DNA of 49,297 bases from Chromera velia. Its lineage: Eukaryota. The position numbers and the translations under genes are program-made. Position 1 is the stretch's first letter, and each line of letters begins with the position of its first letter. Positions 44,627 to 49,297 of the stretch are shown in pieces. Location: contig JAHBMJ010000373.1 of assembly GCA_018398765.1 (NCBI GenBank), positions 1 through 49,297 of the forward strand, in the 5' to 3' direction. The notes under the pieces were generated by a model that saw only the letters and a list, made by a program, of their open reading frames with translations, had not been told where the DNA came from and made no database searches.

Positions 44627-47464
44627 TCAAGGTGCAGGGTCTCCGGAGGAATTCAGATTACACTCATTGCAGGATCGAACGTCTTTGTCATGAATGCAGA
44701 TTCCCTTCCCTCCGCAGTCACTACAACGTGAGCGAACGCGTCCATGCTCACAAAGGCCCTTCCCTCCGCAGTCCTTGCTACGTGAGCGAATGCGTCCATG
44801 CTCACATATGCCCTTCCCCCCGCACTCCTTGCACTTAGAGCGCTGTCGACCGTGCTCACAAAGGCCCTTCCCTCCGCAATCCTTGCACTGAGAGCGCCGC
44901 CGGCCGTGCTCACAGATGCCCTTCCCTCCGCACTCCCTGCACGAAAAGCGCTGTCGACCGTGCTCACAAAGGCCCTTCCCTCCGCACTCCTTGCACTGAG
45001 AGCGCTGCTTGCCGTGATCACAGATGCCCTTCCCCCCGCACTCCTTGCACGAAAAGCGGTGTCGGCCGTGCTCACAGATGCTCCCACCTCCGCACTCCTT
45101 GCAACGTGAGCGAATGCGTCCATGCTCACAGATGCCCTTCCCTCCACACTCCTTGCACTGATAGCGCTTCCGGCCGTGCTCACAAAGCCCCTTCCCTCCG
45201 CAATCTTTGCACTGAGAGCGAATGCGGCCGTGCTCACAAATGCTCGCACCTCCGCACTCTTTGCAACGTGAGCGAATGCGTCCATGCTCACAAATGCTCG
45301 CACCTCCGCATTCCTTGCACTTAGAGCGCTGCCGGCCGTGCTCACAAATGCTCCCACCTCCGCACTCTTTGCACTGCGAGCGCTGTCGGCCGTGCTCACA
45401 GAAGCCCTTCCCTCCACACTCCTTGCACTGAGAGCGCTTCCGGCCGTGCTCACATATGCCCTTCCCTCCGCACTCTTTGCACTGCGAGCGCTGTCGACCG
45501 TGCTCACAAATGCTCGCACCTCCGCACTCCTTGCACGAAAAGCGGTGTCGGCCGTGTTCACATATGCCTTTCCCTCCGCACTCTTTGCACTGATAGCGCT
45601 GTCGGCCGTGCTCACAAAGGCCCTTCCCCCCGCACTCTTTGCACTGAGAGCGAATGCGGCCGTGCTCACAGATGCTCCCACCTCCGCACTCTTTGCACTT
45701 AGAGCGAATGCGGCCGTGCGCACAGATGCTGCCACCTCCGCACTCCTTGCACTTAGAGCGCTGCCTGCCGTGCTCACAAACGCTCACACCTCCGCACTCT
45801 TTGCACTGGCAGCGAATGCGTCCATGTTGACAGAGGATCTGTCCGTGTTTGTTTTTCTTGACCTCCCCTGTATGTCCTCTCTCTCCCCCCCCTCTCCTCA
45901 CAGACACACCCTTGCCCCCACTGCCAACCTCTTTGTTGTGAGTGCGAGGATAGCCGTGGAGACACAGGTCTGCCCTCTGAAGACTCCTGTCCATTCCCTG
46001 CACCCCCCTTTCTCCCACTTCTTCAAGTTCTCTATTCAAATGATCTCGATGACTCGTCTCATGCCCCCCGCCCTGCTCAGTCACTCCATCGTTGAAGGAT
46101 GGGAGACAGGCGTTCTGAAGTTGCGGGACTGTCGGAAAGGTGTGTGCAGAAACATTTCTTTCTCTCGCCAAATTCACTTGACGGCTTCCCTTGTCTGACT
46201 GCGGTTCGGAAACTGAAGCGGAAAGAGAAGAGACACGGCGGCGTTTTGATCCCCCACACCCCGCAGACGAGTACAGCGACTGCCCCTCTACAGATAGCTG
46301 TTGGAAGATCGATTCACTCTCTCCGACCAACAGACCAGAACCAGGCACAACATCGCATCCACCGGTCACACCATACACACACCCTGCATTCTTCCCAGCC
46401 CCTCCCAGCAGATCCCCCTCTTCCCTCCCCACCCCCCACCGATTCCTCAGAGATGCAGGTGCAAATCGGAGTGCCTCGTGACAGTCACTGTCTTCATACC
46501 CTCTTTTCAGTCCGTTCACCCCACCTCCCTGCCTTCGCATACACACATCAGCAGAGGTCTCAAGACGACCCCGAGAAACAGACACACCCTCACTCTCAGC
46601 CGACATAGCAGATGGAAGCAGAGTGTTCGCAATCTCGTAACCGTGCTGTGACGATACCCTGCCTCTGTGAATGAGAAGATCATCCTCAAACTGTACATAC
46701 GGACCCGCCTCACCCCCCTTCTCTTTTCCCTTTCCACTGTCTGTGTGTGAGGAAGATAAATGGACAGAAGGCAGTGCAGAGATAGAAAGCGAGGCAGAGT
46801 CACTCTCTACAGGGACGTCACGGACCACACAGTGGCCCTCCAAGGGACCCCCGAGGCTCTTTCCGCCATGCATTCCCCCTCTCTTCTTCTCCCTGCCGGT
46901 CTCAGGTACGAAATCTGAGGAAACAGAGGGTGGCGGGTGCTCAGAGACTTCGAAGTGCTGTTGCGCTGACACCATGTCCTCCTGTGCTAATGGAGTCACC
47001 TGCGTCTCCCTCTCTCCCCATCGCCCACCAAACAACGCAAACCCACCATTCACGACCTCCACCTCCCGCGGCCCACACCCCAAAGGCTCCCACACGCACC
47101 CAAAACAGTCCTGACTTCGACTGTTCGGGGAAGCTGCTGTTGAGAGCGCAGAGGTGACTTGGACAGAGCTCTGAGACCATTGTGCCAACCCATGATCGGA
47201 CAAAGGCATTGCTTCACACGGTGACGAACCAGATTCGACCAGGACAAACTGAAATTGTACTTGAGAGCACGTGCTGTGATGCATCGGAAACGACATCCAC
47301 ACTCCTGAGAAGGCAGGGTTCTTCACTCGGTAGAGAGCGATACCGCGACTTGCGTCCCACTCTCCGAGTTCAGAGCTGCTCCCAACAACCACCAGCATCT
47401 GCCCTTCCTGAGGCTCCACCCCAGTGCAAGCAAAAAGCACACCACCCCCCACGCTTGCCTCCAT
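44627..47464 (-). CDS. Intronless protein: N-terminal CBM20 (starch-binding-like) domain, low-complexity linker, 22 tandem 18-aa C-x-H-x5-C-x2-C repeats
   Basis: GQMLVVVGSSSELGEWDASRGIAL..VW is CBM20-like; ATG at 47464 (MEASVGG); C-terminal array CEHGRxRxxCKECGGxxx. Confidence 0.85.
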   Translation of the reverse strand: MEASVGGGVLFACTGVEPQEGQMLVVVGSSSELGEWDASRGIALYRVKNPAFSGVWMSFPMHHSTCSQVQFQFVLVESGSSPCEAMPLSDHGLAQWSQSSVQVTSALSTAASPNSRSQDCFGCVWEPLGCGPREVEVVNGGFALFGGRWGERETQVTPLAQEDMVSAQQHFEVSEHPPPSVSSDFVPETGREKKRGGMHGGKSLGGPLEGHCVVRDVPVESDSASLSISALPSVHLSSSHTDSGKGKEKGGEAGPYVQFEDDLLIHRGRVSSQHGYEIANTLLPSAMSAESEGVSVSRGRLETSADVCMRRQGGGVNGLKRGYEDSDCHEALRFAPASLRNRWGVGREEGDLLGGAGKNAGCVYGVTGGCDVVPGSGLLVGESESIFQQLSVEGQSLYSSAGCGGSKRRRVSSLSASVSEPQSDKGSRQVNLARERNVSAHTFPTVPQLQNACLPSFNDGVTEQGGGHETSHRDHLNRELEEVGERGVQGMDRSLQRADLCLHGYPRTHNKEVGSGGKGVSVRRGGGERGHTGEVKKNKHGQILCQHGRIRCQCKECGGVSVCEHGRQRSKCKECGGGSICAHGRIRSKCKECGGGSICEHGRIRSQCKECGGKGLCEHGRQRYQCKECGGKGICEHGRHRFSCKECGGASICEHGRQRSQCKECGGKGICEHGRKRSQCKECGGKGFCEHGRQRSQCKECGGGSICEHGRQRSKCKECGGASICEHGRIRSRCKECGGASICEHGRIRSQCKDCGGKGLCEHGRKRYQCKECGGKGICEHGRIRSRCKECGGGSICEHGRHRFSCKECGGKGICDHGKQRSQCKECGGKGLCEHGRQRFSCRECGGKGICEHGRRRSQCKDCGGKGLCEHGRQRSKCKECGGKGICEHGRIRSRSKDCGGKGLCEHGRVRSRCSDCGGKGICIHDKDVRSCNECNLNSSGDPAP
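44660..45832 (-). repeat. 54-bp coding tandem repeat, 22 units
   Basis: Counted from the translation, from CQHGRIRCQCKEC to CIHDKDVRSCNEC. Confidence 0.95.
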
Positions 47465-49297
47465 TACGAACAATTGGTCAATCGAGCAAAATTGCCAACC
47501 AGAGAGACAACCACAACCCGGCCTCAGAGATCTCTGCAGGAAATGAAACAACGCACATGAGTCAATTCACGATTGCATCATTTGCAAACAATCTCTTAAG
47601 GAGTCCACTTTTGTACACCGCTGGGGGGGAAGTCTCCACACAGGCACTCACTGACCTCAGGAGAAGACTCTCTCGACACGTCGCTGACGGCGGTGGAGAC
47701 AAAAGAGTCCTTCAGAGAACGAATGACTCGGGCAGCGAGCACCGAACGAAGCTTTTCTCAACCCGAAGAAGAGGAACGCGATATCCACAGAAGAGACTTG
47801 CCCTCGTGACCAAAAGCCAAACTCAGTCAGCAGCGACTTGAAGCAGAGCTTCGGCAACGGGCGAGACAATCAACCAATCACCGAGACAGTCCGCACGCGA
47901 AGCTGCTATATCTGGCTCTGAAATTCTCCCTTCCTTGAACACAGCAGAGATCAGAGCTGCCTCTCTGGTTCCGCAACCTGACAAAGGAGTCAACGAAGTT
48001 TCCGATCAAGGTCGAAGATCAACCGAGCTCGGACTCTACAGATCGAAGACACCGAGACACCTCCAAGTACACAGAGGATCCAAAAGAGCTTTGTGACCGC
48101 GGTTTTATTCGGGTCCTTCGAACAATCCTGATTCACGTGTACAACACAGCTACCACTGCCTACCAGAGATATATATAGACTTTGCCTTCAATGTGAAATG
48201 AATGGCCCAGTCCCGAAAGCCGAAATAGAGTGAGACTATATATATATATATACGTGCAGTCTACGGTGCAGAATCCCACCGTCAGAGCCTCAGAGGTCGA
48301 CGATCGACCCGTGCACTGCATGCATGAACGACGCGATGATGCAGTGGCATCATGTGGCATCATGTGGCATCTGAAGGCCGCGCGTATCGCGGTCTCGAAC
48401 TTGCGCTGAAGTGTCATGCAGTCTGACTGCATGTCAGATTGAAGACGTACTCCACGTGCTGTCACAGTGGACCATAGTGGACCACTGAGTTGATCGGCCC
48501 AACGTATATATACGTCACTGTCAATTTCACTTCCCATGCAGTAACAGTTGGGCCAACTCTGACTTGTTCAAAGGACTTCAGAGGCAAATCCTGAGTCTCA
48601 TATATATTATTATATATATGTATATATATATATATAGATAGATAGATATAGATACACGAAGCGTGTTCTACATGCCACGAGTTTTGCTTGGTGTGTCTGG
48701 TTTGATTACCCGTCCGAGACTTGTGTACGGCTTCAACGTCGGTTTGTCGATCGATTGGCACTGAATTTGTCGATTGGCGGTTTCATCTCCAGCTGGCAGA
48801 CTCAGCCTGGCAGATCGGTGATCGACGGAAGCAGGGTACTTCGCGACAACCACTTGAGAGCTGTCTTTCAGGAGGACTTCTGTCGCATCGATCGACTTTG
48901 GGCAGCCGTCTCTTTGATACTTTGCCAAAGGTCCGGATCCTCTGCACAAGGAGTCTCTCGACTGCCTTCTCGTCCTCAAGTACACCTGTCTACTCAAATA
49001 CAGGGGGAAGCTGCAGCTCTTGGTGAGTGTTTCTGTCTCTTTCACGTGTGCCCTGAGCCTCCTTCATTTACCGTCCTCGATCCTGTTGTGCTGCGGTTTC
49101 GTTTGTCTTTTGAGTGGGCCTTCAGGAAGACTAAGCTGCTGTTTCTCTTCCCCTTTATCTCTCAAACTGCCAATTTGTGCAGCTGGGCATCAAGGCCAAC
49201 CGTCCAGGGTCACAAGCAGCGCGTGTCTCTCTGTATTCTTTGTGGATCAAACGGTCGATTGATGAAGGGAGGAATTGCCTTCGTTGCGAATTGCCCG

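Noticed and set aside
44660..45832. CRISPR-like regular repeat array
   Set aside because: Contiguous 54-bp in-frame coding repeats without unique spacers, no cas genes, eukaryotic context.
44653..46198. Alternative-frame 374-aa and antisense 304-aa repeat ORFs
   Set aside because: Frame shadows of the 54-bp repeat; the Cys/His frame is continuous with the upstream CBM20 ORF.
1..49297. tRNA/rRNA genes and telomeric arrays
   Set aside because: No cloverleaf, rRNA signature or tandem TTTAGGG/TTAGGG run recognised by eye; tRNAscan-SE and Infernal were not run.

Overview
Eukaryotic, intron-containing genomic DNA, not prokaryotic. It has GT-AG introns, dense microsatellites, abundant TGCATG/GCATGC and alternating ~50% GC genic blocks and AT-rich islands. 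Gene content (TSP1+vWA adhesin, a carrier with a signal+transit-like leader, a CBM20 + CEHGR-repeat protein) suggests a photosynthetic alveolate such as Chromera velia; this is inference, not a database result. Seven genes are well supported: a 3xCCCH/ERI1-type exonuclease (-), a secreted coiled-coil/3xTSP1/vWA protein (+), a type II FG-GAP propeller protein (+), an ARF GTPase (-), a SAM-carrier-like MCF transporter (-), a BLES03/DUF1917-like protein (+) and a CBM20 protein with 22 tandem 18-aa Cys/His repeats (-). A large multi-exon WD40 gene (-) is supported but only partly modelled. There is also a dead non-LTR retrotransposon. The two most interesting signals are (1) a LINE whose frame is intact for ~790 codons but is inactivated by apparent C:G->T:A changes, mostly in TpG/CpA context, among TpA/CTAG-rich islands, suggesting a RIP-like hypermutation defence outside fungi; and (2) a 22-unit zinc-repeat array with variation confined to a few positions, reminiscent of a modular nucleic-acid recognition code.
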